A stretch of 64,000 nucleotides of DNA from Phoronis australis (lineage: Eukaryota > Animalia > Phoronida), in NCBI GenBank assembly GCA_002633005.1, contig NMRA01000426.1, forward strand, positions 3,481 through 67,480, in the 5' to 3' direction. Below are positions 1 through 11,374 of the stretch, one piece after another (position 1 is the stretch's first letter; every line of letters starts with the position of its first letter). The translations under genes were made by a program, and so were the position numbers. The notes below the pieces were generated by a model. It was given only the letters and a program-made list of their open reading frames with translations. It searched no databases and was not told where the DNA came from.

Positions 1-1973
1 TAACGGTTGGATTAACAAGAGCTGCTTTGTATTAGCCAGGTATATGTTGAGAAGTGTAAAAACTCAGCTCGCATTCGTTGGAAATTCCAGGTCGCATTTT
101 GCGACTTGATACGAGCTGACGAAAATCTCAGCTCGCATTTCCAAATTTCAGGTCGCAAATGCGACCTGCAGCTCGTTATGTCGAGCCCTGGTGTGTATTT
201 CTTCCTTAGACACCAAAATTGCACACAGCCAGGGTATAGTTCTGCACGTCACCTCACCGTGTAAAGCTAAAGACCGGATGGGGTGCATGCAAAATTTGGG
301 AATCAATCAACACTCACCTTGCCCGTTACAGCCGATTAAGTGCAATAAACGTCATTTTCTTGCTTAACTCTCCGCCTTTTCTAACAATGAAAAGTATGTC
401 GTCGTTTTGAAAACAGTACGCTCGTGTCACGCAAACGCGCCTGGGTTTCCAATGATTTTTGCAACATCTCTCGGGAGATGGTGATAGCTTGGCAGTAGCA
501 CAATTTCTTCTGAAATTAGGTTTTTCGGTATCAAAATTCTAAAAACTTATAATGAAGTGAAACCAGTTGCGATAATTTGTTGTGACGTGTACTAGTACGC
601 AACCTCGCAAAAGAACAACAGTTAATTGAAGAATCAGCGAAAAAAATGGCCAATAGGTGATGCAATATTTCATGGCGCCGAAAGCCATCGCTAAAGATGC
701 CTCCACAACTTTAGCAGAAGAATAACGGTATAACGCCATTTTTTCCAACACCGTTAAATAATTTAGTTTACTCAAGGAAAACTGTAGTTTTTAATAACAT
801 TGATTTTGAGTCAGATTTTATCTTACCACCTTTTTACCCATATCGGTGCAAAGCTGTATATTTAATATACAGCTTTGTACCAATCCAAGGCTAGACCAAG
901 GACGGTTAGACGTACACAACCCAGTACAGTAAGTGTTAGTATTTCACGGAGCAATGTTAGAGATAACTGTGACCAGCTATTAGTAACAAAATACACGCCC
1001 CCAGGGTAACGTGAACTACCTATGTAGTAATAGCCGAGATTACCCGACCCGGAGATCGAACCAGCGACCCCCATAAAACCAGCAAGCGTGCTAACCATGA
1101 TTCAGCTAATAGGCAATTGCCCGTTAGCGAGTAGCTAACAGGGGCTCGTATAATTCACCGGAAGCACATCTACAACTTTCCCCCCTTTCCTACGGAACGG
1201 GCACGCAACAGGAAGGTGAACACCAGGATGTCTCGCATACAGGTCATCAACGTCCCTTGGTAGGGAGGACAATCAAAAAGTAGGTCACGGTGCTCCATAT
1301 CTGCCTCCGTGTAAAACCCACGTCGGTAAATTACCCGATTTCAGACTTTAAAGTTAACTATAAGACAATTTTGTGTTATAAATCGTTACCTTAGTCTTTA
1401 TTTGTAAGTTATTAATCTTTTTGTCTCAAATTATCGCTGATAAATCATTTTTTCTAAGCTTTTTTTAGTGCATGATTTTCCGCCATGCGATCAACTTTCG
1501 AAAAAGTACCTCTTGTTCTTCCTATCCAAAAGAGCACTATACTCTCAAATACAAACATGAAATTTAGACAGGATGTAGTTTAGATGCGTGCGCATCTCCT
1601 CGAGTTGTTTTCTCAAAGTCAAGGCCAAGTTTTCATGGCGAGTTTTCGATCGTCCGGAAGGCCTAATTTTGGTCGGTCGGGAGATTGATATTGTTCCAGT
1701 TGCGCAATATGCCCCCCCCCCCCCNTCTGTCAAACTGCTGCGCATTGGCACTTTTCAAACAGCAGTCGTTAGTTCACTAAGTCGCCGCATGTCAGCACCA
1801 CCAGCGGCTACGTTGAAGTTCAATGTCATCGCAACTTCACCGTTCGAAATAAAGTTGTTACTAAGTTTTTGTTGCGTAAATGATAAAATCCTTCATGTTA
1901 AGAGTGATTTGTTTTCCCAAATGGTCTTTTGTCTACTTCCTGATGTTTTTTGCCATGATACGATCTAATAGTA

Positions 1974-2065
1974 CATGGGTGGCACCCAGCACTGACAAAA
2001 GTGGGGGACTAGCTATAGCATCCCCCAGCCCCCTGTCACTGTCAGGCAATCATGTGTTGCCCATG
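1974..2065. mobile_element. Tiny MITE (CATGGG...CCCATG) with 5-bp TSD
   Basis: TAGTA on both sides; related copy at 39832-39945 flanked by CATGA/CACGA. Confidence 0.7.
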
Positions 2066-2076
2066 TAGTAGTATTC

Positions 2077-2235
2077 AGGGGCAGATCTAGGATTTTTAGA
2101 TAGGAGGGGGTGTTAAGGCAGAGTATTACGCAGGATTTTACCCGTAAGATATTTGCACCCTCAAACTGCCAAATGAAATATGGGAGTTTTAGAGGGGCCA
2201 CGGGCCTGGCCCCCTTGCCCCCGAAATCCACCAAT
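2077..2235. mobile_element. CAG(G/T)GGCGGAT-type MITE
   Basis: Inverted homologue at 5278-5442; same terminal family as 6494-7683. Confidence 0.65.
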
Positions 2236-3160
2236 GTGATCTTGTGATTTGATGTGAAATTTCCTCCTAACTCAGATGTATTTATTTCTGAGCTGATGTG
2301 GTGTCTTTGCTCTTTACCTTTTAAGCTTTGTAATCCATTGTTTTCATCAAACATGATGAGCCTGTTCTATATGCTATAACAACGCACTTAAACAGCAATA
2401 TCTCTGTAGAAATCGATCCAAAATTTATGTAATACACACCACCATGTTTGTCTCAATGAGACGAATCTTTTTATAAGCAGCACATGTATATTCTATTATT
2501 TTTTACGAAATTAGGTAAAAAGGCAGATATTTTATGCATTATCGTCGCATTTCAACGCATTTCTCGTCAACCGCTCATCCAATTTTTCTGATTTTTGCAC
2601 CATTTCATTTCTCACGCCAAGGGCTTTTCAAAAATGTATGACACATGGATATTGTAAAAAACATTAAAAATCGTTGTCCTCCCTACCCTTGGTACCTTTG
2701 CTTTACCACCACAACACAGGTGAACACAAGGTCGTCTCTCATACAGGTCCTTGTTTCCTGGAACCTTCCACGCGCGCTGTCCCGAGGTCCGTGAGTACTA
2801 GTTGGCAGTGCTTCATCGGTAGATCATCCGTTTGCCGACTACGCCATTTGTAGTAATAGCCGCGATTACCCGACCCGGGGATCGAACCAGCGACCCCCAT
2901 AAAACCGGCAAGCATTCAGCTAATAGGCAATTGCCCGTTAGCGAGTAGCTAACAGAGGCTCATATAATTCACCGGAAGCACATCTACAACACCTAAAAGA
3001 AAACGCCCGGACAGCGCATTGCAAACAGTAATTCTCACCTGACTTTGTCTTTCTTGACATTTCAGATGAGTATATATCAACACGTTGATATTTCCCGCAA
3101 AATGTTTCAATTTCCTGTGATTACAGTGACACCTGGTGGTCATCTTCCTGTTCTTATTTG

Positions 3161-4094
3161 ATGACAGCGTTTCAGTTTCCCGGCGTTCAGTCGACTTTGA
3201 GACGTAGGGGGTTCTGAGCGTGTGATAACATCTAGCTTCTTTGTTAACTGCCAAGCACACTCTTTTGTCTGTTATGGCAACAAGCAGACCAATTATCTAC
3301 CGGGCTTATTACAGACCAGGGCCCGGTCTCCAAACTTTTTACTCGAAATGGAACTCGAAATTAGGTTTGGCATTTTCCGAATACTCTACTTTTGGGCGAA
3401 CTCAAGATAAGTGTCTATTATTCTATACTCAAGTACATAATAACTTACGTAGATAATTCATTGCCCTTAGTTCACAGTTTGTAAACCCAATATTAAAGCA
3501 ATAAGTTCGAGTTTGAACTCGAAATTTCGAGTTTTTACTCGAGTTTGTAGCACGAATATAAGGGTCTTCTCAAGGGGAAACTTGAACTAGAAACTCCTAT
3601 GCATAAACTATAATGTATTCGATCACAGTCTGATAACCAATTATTTTAAGTTCGCACAAAAGGATCAGAGAAATTGCCAAAAATAGTTTCGAGTTCGTTT
3701 CGAATACAAAGATTAGAGGCCGGGCCCTGGTGTGAACACAAACTCAGAGTGTATTCGGAAGGAATTGTCTAACTTCGGTTGCAGTTGGGCGATTTTGGCG
3801 ATTCAAAAACCAAACATGATCACCATTTGACGAAGAGTTCAGAAATGCTATTAGTTTATGTTCAAATGTGTTATAACTTAACTTTTATTTTTGCAGCACT
3901 GTCCAGTCAGCAGGGTAGTTACGATCATTGGAGATTAGAGCAATCATCGAACAAAAGAGAGTTGGCCTTCCACTGATAAATGCCACAATGGAGTTTATCT
4001 GTAAGATATTGGCTACTGGGGTAAACTTCCCAACTTGTTGTTGGGCTCCCGGCAGAATGGAACGAGTTGGGAGCAACGGGAAAACGGCGTAATG
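3161..4094. mobile_element. MITE family with CATGA(TT)ACGGCGTTTTCC-like termini
   Basis: Colinear with 9715-10255 and partly with 15370-15790; interrupted by a Harbinger-type MITE. Confidence 0.7.
3320..3726. mobile_element. PIF/Harbinger-type MITE (GGCCCGG termini, CWG target)
   Basis: cag|ggcccggtctc ... gaggccgggcc|ctg; interior rich in CTCGA/TCGAG; shorter relative of 21609-22986. Confidence 0.7.
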
Positions 4095-5277
4095 TCGAGA
4101 ATATTTCTGCATTTGATCGCGTGAGAATGGCATTGTCTTAATCAGAAAATATACTTTTCTGTGGCTTCCATCATATGCCATTATATATTTTGCATATCTT
4201 AGTAGCCCTATCGCCGGTGCTTTGCAGTGTTGCGAAAGGAGGTCCATGGATAGTGCTGTCTCATATGAGGAATGAGCGGCTATGAATAGCACTTACCTCT
4301 CATTCCCCATTGTCTACAGATGAGCTATATTACATGTTAAAGTTGGCGAGGAGGCTTGATTTAAGCATTGGCGCCCTGTAGTTATTGACCGACTGTATCG
4401 CAAAATTTGGACACTGAGAGACAGAAACGTTCACTCACTTGCATGAATTCGGTTTCATATATTACCCTTGACCGAGGACAGCATGGTTTTCACTAAGTTA
4501 CGAACAAAATCAATTAATGACGGACTCCCTCAAAGACTCACTAAGTGATGATTGCATGCGTCAGCATTGTGATTGGAAGTGGCCAACAGAAACAAAATGT
4601 TATCAGGGATAAAGCATGCTTAGAGTACTAAGCATACCGAACGGTTCGCCGCATCACTCATATGTCATTAGTCCATCCGGAACAACGCAACAATTAAGTA
4701 GCGCCAGGTCAACTATGATTACAATGATAGATATATTTCGAGACTGTCTATGTCCTGGCAGAAATAATAGTTGTACCCCTAAAGCCAACTACATGTGGGG
4801 AAGGCTGGTTCGGTCAGGACTGTGGTTTACAGGATCGTATCTCCAATTTACAGCCGCAGCCATGGGCCACGTGAGTAGGGACATTGTTTTACTGTGCGAC
4901 ACAAGAGACTGCAGCAAACACGAGCTTTCTTATTTGCCGTCTTTTTTCTTTAGTCAAAATGGGGCGGATGTGGTTCCTGGGCTTCGGAAGTTCGTTAAGC
5001 AAGGCTCTTTAAGAAAGGACAGTTCGTTAAGCTAGGCTCATTAAAGTTCAGGTTACGGCACTGTTATACTTTTAAAGTTAAGCACAGAGATTGAACAAGG
5101 AACAAGACAAAAGCAATTTTATAACGGTAAAGCGGTCGACATCGTTTTTTCGCAGAGCTCGACTTTAATGTCGCTTTTGGTGAAAATTTTACGCCCATTA
5201 TTATCTGTTAATTGCTGCTCCCTTGGCGGTATCTAATGGAAACTGAACGATATGTTACATGAAGTACTCAGTGTAAG

Positions 5278-5442
5278 CAGTGGCGGATTTAAAGTTGGGC
5301 CAAGGGGGTCATGGCCCCGCCTTAAAATTCTCCCATATTCCATTAGGCAGTTCGGGGGTGCCAATGTCTCAGTGAAGGCAAAATCCTGGCTAATACTCTG
5401 CCCTAGCTCCCCCCTTAACTCAAAATCCTGGATCCGCCCCTG
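5278..5442. mobile_element. CAGTGGCGGAT-type MITE
   Basis: Termini cagtggcggat ... atccgcccctg; inverted match to 2077-2235. Confidence 0.7.
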
Positions 5443-5671
5443 AAAGGGGCTGCATTTTGTCTCTGCACTAATTAAGTTTCCGAGGCACTGAAACGCTGTC
5501 TTCCGCCGCTGCTGAATACAGTTTGTGTCGGCGCGTTCCTTATTCTGTGCCGTTTACGCCATTTTTCAATGTTTTGCGGACTAAGTGCAATTACAAACCA
5601 AAGGATCAGCAATCAACACGGAAAAATGTCTTCACTGGATCGATAACCAGGATAAATTGTATTTACACGAG

Positions 5672-6221
5672 CCCTGTTTACAAGATGGTAAGTGTACATT
5701 TTCACTGGAGTGTATTTATTACACCCCAGTGTATATTTACGTACGGTGTGTATTGCCAAATAAACGCAAATACACCCGGGTGTTAAGCTACTTTGCGATG
5801 TATAATTCAGAACACCCATTTCGAGAGCTCGTGTAAATGTAAATTTACACATCTGCTAACATCCACCGGGTGCAAGTGAACGCGATTTAAAGTTGCGCAC
5901 CGGTGTAAAAGCAACTGAGACCACCGTGCTCAAAGTGCCATAACAAAATTATTCCAGAGATCTCATCACTTAAAGCACAACCATTTCATTTCCTTTAACG
6001 TCCAAAAGATCCTTCGTTGTCGTACGAGGTTTGAATCTTCTTTTTACTAAGAAACGTTGCTCGTGTCGACTTCGCAGCGAAATGTATAGAGTACTGAGCG
6101 CAAATACTGCTTTTCATTTCCTCCACACGAACGTTAAGCAAATATACATTTACACACGGGTGTAGATTCGCGGAGGGTGTACATTTACATACGGGTGAAA
6201 AAGTGCTATATATAAACAGGG
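5672..6221. mobile_element. Probable MITE with repeated ACACCCGGGTG/TTTACAC motifs
   Basis: ccctgttta ... taaacaggg termini; reiterated subterminal motifs. Confidence 0.45.
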
Positions 6222-6493
6222 TTTAAGATCACATCTACAACGGGTGATCCGGGGAACGCGACTTCGAGGCTCTAGTTGAGGGAGTAAGACTTGTCTACCA
6301 CTGATGAAAGAGCTGGAACATGGGACCATGGACACGATTAAGAAAAAAGAAAAAACACCTTGCCATGCTGTTTAGCGGCTACCTAGACTTTGCTCCATCG
6401 AAAATTGCGGTTGGGGCCCTGCATGGCTCTTGCTCTTAGTATCTTGCATGGCCCCTACCCCGCTCACCCAGTGTGACGTGAGTGATCCTAGTG

Positions 6494-7683
6494 CAGTGGC
6501 GGATCTAGGATACCCCAAGGGGGGCCCCAACTTTTTTTCTGTAAACATTTGCTCAAAGCACGATTGTAGATGCGCATAGCACCGACTGGGGGGAGGGGGC
6601 CCAGGAAATTTTTCTGTTTTTTCCTCTAAAAATCAAGCATTTTCCTTGATTTCCAAAGTATTATCCAAGAAAAGCGGCAAAAAAGGTGTCAACCAGGAAA
6701 AACTGCAAGTACCACAGACTCGAACTCACGACCTAGCCGAGAGAGCGTGCGTGCTTTACCACAGAACCACCACGATTTAAGTCCTAATTTGATACCAAGG
6801 TACAACCTACTTGTTTATGGTCCACAGCGTTTGCGCGCGAAACCTCCTTCTTTTTGTAAAGCTTATCACATGCGCGCACCCAGGGGGGGGGGGGGACTCA
6901 GTCGAGCCCCCACCCATTTGGCAAAGTGGGCAAAATGGTCCGCGTGTGAGAAACAAAAAGTCCGAGAAATGAGACAAAAGTCCTCTCAACAAGCACAAAC
7001 GCGCAATTCACAGTGGTGCGCCGGCTATTTCGTTACCATAAGGTCCACAACGTTAGGAATTCGAGCCCCCCATGTTGAATGCTGGGTGCGCGCATGTATT
7101 ACATCTTTTATATTTTGTGCAATCAGTTCGTAACAAATTTGTTGTATTTAAAATAGTCTTCAATTGCCCAAAAGACCAAATCCGTGTTTTGTGTTGGCAA
7201 TAATGACGCGATTGCTTTGGAAATCGTCTTAAGTTAAGATTTGACAAAGAGAGAATTATGAGTTTCTGAGTGATTCACTAAGGCTTCGATTAAAATCGAC
7301 ATCTTACCAACAGCTTCTGTTTTTTCACCATCACTCAGATTCCATTTTCTTTCAAAAATGAAGTAATTTTCTTCATTGCACAGTGGAGCAGACGACGGAA
7401 ACGGAGTCGTAGTGCCCAGCGCCACTGCCAGTCGCCTGAGATATCGTGGGAGAGCCTATACTTAGCCACAGTTCCGTTACGATTGCGCCGTGTTCCGAAT
7501 TTGACACTTGAAATTGGATCTGAGCCGCCCCCCCCACACACATACACATTTAAATCTTGTTTCAGGCGTATAATTTTAATTACCGGGGTTAATTAATATA
7601 CTCAACATTTCCCTACGCTCATGCAGTTTGATTTTTTTGCGGCAGCCAAGGGGGGGGGAGGGCCCTCCCTAAATCCGCCTATG
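6494..7683. mobile_element. Non-autonomous DNA transposon (hAT5-like), 5-bp TSD TAGTG
   Basis: tagtg|cagtggcggat ... atccgcctatg|tagtg; carries a tRNA-like segment at about 6708-6772 (minus strand, GTGAGTTCGAGTC). Confidence 0.7.
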
Positions 7684-8384
7684 TAGTGCAACTACCCAAC
7701 ATGCATTGCCTGTGAAATTTATCATCTGGTCTCCCAGTAGTTTCCAAACTATTTCCCATAAAGTGCCCGGATGTGTTTTATTATTAAGTCATGTCCGAGG
7801 TCACCAGTGACCAATTTCAAAAGACCAACACTGAATGTTCTGGGTAACATAGAATCATATATTATACATTCAGCGCACATTACTGCCTCACTACCAACAA
7901 AACTATGTCATATGAGCTGACACAAGCACTATACATTCACATAACACTGATTTATTCAATAACTAAGCATGTCCAAATTAAAACATATAAACAAATAATT
8001 CTGATAAAGATAACAGTCATGCTTTTACATAAATTGCACTTTAATTATGCACAACATAAGCTTTTTTCTCAACACACCTGGAAGGCAATGAATAAAAGTC
8101 GGTTACAACCAACAAGAAATAGGCATTTAAAAATGGAATAAAATCAAAAACATATGTAATGCTATGAAGTAGAACAAGAATTGAATTGAAAGGCCAGCTT
8201 TCAGTGTAAATATGAATACAACAAGATTTGTTCAACAACAATCACCAAGAAAGTTTATGCTCACTAACTACATTAACAACAGTCTCCTAAGCAACAAAAA
8301 CCAGTTATACTATGACCTGATTCTCTGAGCAGTGAATACATTTAGCACAGCAGTCACCTTGAAATGGTCAGAGACCATATAATG

Positions 8385-8556
8385 ATGTGATCAGCCTTGC
8401 ACCAGTTACTCCATAGGCAGAGGTACACAGTGATCAGTCCTACACCAGTCACTCTATGGATAGAGGTACACCAGCCCTACACCTGCAGTCACTCTATAGA
8501 CAGAGGTACAAAGTGATCAGCCCTACACCAGTCACTCTATAGACAGAGGTACACAG
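8385..8556. repeat. About 43-bp minisatellite, 4 copies
   Basis: gtgatcagccctacaccagtcactctatagacagaggtacac reiterated. Confidence 0.85.
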
Positions 8557-8641
8557 TTTACAGTAGAATGTGTACAGTCAGGTTCTACTTAGTTAACCTT
8601 GTTTATAAGGCACATTCGTATCAATTGCTCACCAACACAAC

Positions 8642-10285
8642 AACAAGAGCAACGAGGAGAAATGCGCCCACAAATGCAGCACAGTCCGATCTGTCTGAAA
8701 ATCGTTGTCGTCCTTTGTCAATTTCAAATAAATATACTTGCTCATTGCTCAATTTAATAAAGATCCTGCAGAGCATTTACAAAATACAGCCATAGGCGCA
8801 AAATCAAACAAAACTGCAACTAGGAGGCGCCAAAGCAGTCGAAGTCATCGGAAAATCATTGTCAGCCACCCTCATTACAGTAAAAACGTACAAAGTGACA
8901 ATTTCTAAAATCATCCTTGGAGCGGTATGGTTGATAGAGGGGTGGACGCCTAAAAACAGTAAAAATGGTCACTAGGTGGCGCAAATTACGTCAAATCTAT
9001 CCGAAAACAGGAGGATAGCGTTATCTCACTAATAGATGCCTACATGCCAAATTTTATAAAAATACGCTGAAGACCTTTGACGATATAGAGGTAAGCGTAA
9101 AAAACTAAAATTGCCACTAGAGGGCACACCGCTAATCGGATCCGTCCGAAAGTCCGCTCATGCTGTCCCATCTATGAAGGAAACACATGTGCAAAGTTTC
9201 ATGAACATACGTCAAACGATTTTGGAGTTAGAGCAGCAGATGCCGGACGGACGCCGGACGGACGGAGATGACGGCATAATGCGTCCACATATAAATATGT
9301 GGGCGCTGTCCACTTCATAATGAGAACGTACATGCCAATTTTCACAATCATTTTTTGAGCAGTTTGATTGATAGAGGGGCGGACGCCAAAAACAGACTCG
9401 AAAACAGTAAAAATGGCCACTAGGTGGCACAAAATACATCAAATCCATCTGACAGTAGAATAGCCTCATCTCATTAATAGATGTCTATGTGCCACGTTTC
9501 ATGAAAATCTGTTGAGTACCTTTTAAGATAAAGAGGTGAACGTAAAAAAAAACTAAAATTGCCACTAGGGGGGCACACCAGTATTCGGGATCATCCGAAA
9601 TTCGTCATCATCCATCGTCGGCTTTATAGAAACATCTGTCAAATCTCATCAAGATCCTGTGAGGCATTTAAGAGATACAGGTGCAGACCCCAGACAGAGA
9701 TGACCACAATATGTCATGACAGCGTTTTCCTGTTCAGTGACTTTACCAGATGAAGAGTTTATGAGCATGTAATAACATCTAGATTCTTTGTTAAGTGTCA
9801 AGAACCGTCTTTTGTCTGTTAGTATGACAACAGGCGCGCCAATTATCTACCAGGCTTATTACAGAACACGTGTGAACACCGTCAAACCCAGAGTGAATTG
9901 GTACATTCGGAAAGAATAGATTATCGTAACTTCGGTTGCAGTTGGGCGATTTTGGCGATTCAAAAACTAAACATGATCACCATTTGATGAGGATTTCAGA
10001 AATGCTATTGGTTTATGTTCAAATAATGTTATAACTTGACTTTTATTTTTTACAGCACAGCCAAGTCATGCTAGATACTTATTGAAGATTAAAGCAATTA
10101 TTCTGAACAAAAGAGAGCTGTCCCTCCAACCATAAATGCCAGAATGGAGTTAATCAGTTGTGTAAGATATTGGCTACAGGGGTAAACTTCCCAACTTGTT
10201 TTTGGGCTATGGAATCGAACAAGTTGGGAGCAACGGGGAAAACGCCGTAATCATGTACCACATATAAATATGTGGGCGTACAATA
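8642..10285 (-). mobile_element. Helentron-associated (HINE-like) element, composite, with a MITE inserted at 9715-10255
   Basis: aacaagagcaacg...gcgcccac end; (cgga)n tract; ccacatataaatatgtgggcg hairpin end seen twice. Confidence 0.75.
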
Positions 10286-10666
10286 AAGAGAGCATTACAC
10301 AGAATGAACAACCCAGCACAGGCAGTCTTGACATCAATATCATATACTATAGTACAGAGAACTTACTGAGTTTGTCCAAGGAAACCTTAATAACATAAAG
10401 TAAAAGTAATTATACCCCCAAACCTTAGATATTATGCAAGGGTAGTATATTGGTAGAACCTTAGATATTATGCAAGGGCAAGGGCATGCAGTATATTAGT
10501 AGAAATGACTACAATTATAAAAAATGTATATAAACAAATAACAACAATCCACGGTGTAAATACAACAATAATAAATAGTGTTGCATTCATAATCCTACAG
10601 TCCCAGCCGCCATCCACCTTTTACAAATGTCTGTGACTATGATTAGACACTTACTGTCACATCCAA

Positions 10667-10920
10667 GTCAATGTCTCACATAGCCAACCTTATCATATGT
10701 GGAACATGTCAATTATCTCGCATATCCAACCTTGTTACATGTGAAATATGGCAGTCAATGTGTCACATTATTCAACCTTTATGTGGAATATGGCAGTCAA
10801 TGTCTCACATTGTCCAACCTTTATGTGGAATATGGCAGTCAATGTCTCACATTGTCCAACCTTTATGTGGAATATGGCAGTCAATGTCTCACATTGTCCA
10901 ACCTTATCACATGTGGAATA
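10667..10920. repeat. 42-bp minisatellite, about 6 copies
   Basis: atatggcagtcaatgtctcacattgtccaacctttatgtgga. Confidence 0.9.
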
Positions 10921-11252
10921 CACATTCTAACACCTTTTAGTATGAAGTATTAACATCTTAATCAGATGGCTTGGAATGATCAGTGACAAAAAAGAGAAAA
11001 ATTTTCCACACGAGGTATTGTTCTACAAATAAAAAGGAATGTGTGATAGAAACGATTTTAGTGGTGCAAAATTTAACTGAAATATACGGTTTTGCATTAA
11101 TAAAGTCAAAATAATGATAATAAAGAGATGAAAAAAGTGAAAACAGGAAATCAAATAAGAAGAAATTGAAACCAAAAAAGACGAACATATTCTCTTAAAG
11201 AGGAAAATCCAAAGCTCTGTAATCAGCAGACTTAAGAATGCAAATCTTAATT

Positions 11253-11353
11253 AGGTCCATCTTGAGAAGGTCCATTTTGAGTAGGTCCATCTTGAATAGA
11301 TCCATTGAGTAGGTCCATCTTGAGTAGGTCCATCTTGAGTAGGTTCATCTTGA
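11253..11353. repeat. 15-bp tandem repeat, about 7 copies, just 3' of the receptor stop codon
   Basis: aggtccatcttgagt. Confidence 0.85.
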
Positions 11354-11374
11354 CATTGAATGGCAGACACAGTA

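Larger units (their letters stand above)
1261..2685. mobile_element. Non-autonomous DNA transposon nested in the TRIM
   Basis: TIR TAGGGAGGACAA / TTGTCCTCCCTA; 7-bp direct repeat CCCTTGG at 1254-1260 and 2686-2692. Confidence 0.85.
1023..2991 (-). mobile_element. TRIM-like non-autonomous LTR retroelement with tRNA-like LTRs
   Basis: Direct repeats 1023-1176 and 2849-2991; on the minus strand PBS TGGCGTAGTCGGCA (2833-2846) lies next to one LTR and PPT AGGAAAGGGGGAAA (1177-1190) next to the other; CCTA flanks both ends. Confidence 0.85.

Noticed and set aside
1040-1118. Possible tRNA gene (also 6708-6772)
   Set aside because: Acceptor and anticodon stems are poor and the sequences sit inside mobile elements; tRNA-derived only.
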